DNA of 64,000 nt from positions 68,882,001-68,946,000 of the forward strand of contig NC_043002.1 of assembly GCF_006345805.1 (NCBI RefSeq). The letters are read 5' to 3'. This stretch comes from Octopus sinensis (taxonomy: Eukaryota). Each line of letters starts with the position of its first letter. The stretch's first letter is position 1. The translations under genes were made by a program, and so were the position numbers. Shown one piece after another: positions 63,401 through 64,000 of this stretch. The notes beneath the pieces were generated by a model, which saw only the letters and a list, made by a program, of their open reading frames with translations, had not been told where the DNA came from and did not search any database.

Positions 63401-64000
63401 GGATGTAAAGTTTACAGAATAAATAAAATCTCCAAATGAATTTATTTATATTTTCTCCAAAAGAAAGGGCATTGATAGTTTGCCTAAAAATTTGTATTTC
63501 TTAGAGGGAAGAAAGATGTAAATACATGAAAATTCATAAATCAAACTGGTTATGCAGCATAAAACAATAATAAAACATATATTTTTGAAAGCTGATGAAA
63601 TTTTGAAACAGATATGTTATCCAGAATTATAACAGTTTTTAGCAGTCAGCAAAGAAATGCAGTAACTTCAGCTGTCTCCTGCCGTCTGTTGTTTTTTTTT
63701 CTCTTATTTTTTCTGGTCTAATGCTGGTGCAAACTGAATAGTTCAGATTTTCTGCAATCTCAACAGATTTCAGCTGGATGTCAATTTAGGATTTGTTTAC
63801 TGTTCATATCTGGATTTCTGACACTTTTTTAAAGATTTTTTTTCCTCAGTTGACATGACGAGGTTGAATGTTTGTAATTATTTTATTGACAGAAAGAGAG
63901 ATAGATATATCTAAAATGATTATTTTAAAGGAGTTGACAATGAAACAGACCCCCCCCCCAAAAAAAAAACACATGTAAACAAACTGTCGAGAGTGCTGAA

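Larger units (their letters stand above)
33998..64000 (+). other. Probable intron 1 of the ZCCHC14-like gene (no further exon recognised)
   Basis: GT donor at 33998; the downstream sequence is AT-rich and repeat-laden, with no frame resembling the next ZCCHC14 segment. Confidence 0.55.

Overview
AT-rich eukaryotic (animal) genomic DNA. The SINE families, (TA)n/(CA)n microsatellites and repeat density suggest a cephalopod, probably Octopus; this is inferred from recognising the repeats and is not shown by the sequence. The only host gene I can support is the first coding exon of a ZCCHC14/ZCCHC2-family RNA-binding protein (33407-33997, +). It has a CpG-rich promoter and an intron that appears to fill the rest of the window. 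Everything else is transposon-derived. There is a full-length, GC/CpG-rich Tx1-clade (L1 superfamily) LINE (5067-10922, -) whose ORF2 has six 1-nt frameshifts but no premature stops, and which has (TAA)n on both sides. There is also a 5'-truncated Penelope-like element among (TA)n repeats with hammerhead-ribozyme-like motifs nearby, fossils of CRE-like, HERO/R4-like and CR1/L2-like LINEs, a full-length decayed mariner, piggyBac- and hAT-type MITEs, and at least four SINE families. The most interesting candidate system is a Tx1 LINE/SINE partnership. The LINE 3' end and several tail variants of one tRNA-derived SINE family share a CUUGU-loop hairpin with co-varying stems just before an (ATT)n tail, and (TAA)n microsatellites appear to act as shared landing pads for several retroelement clades.
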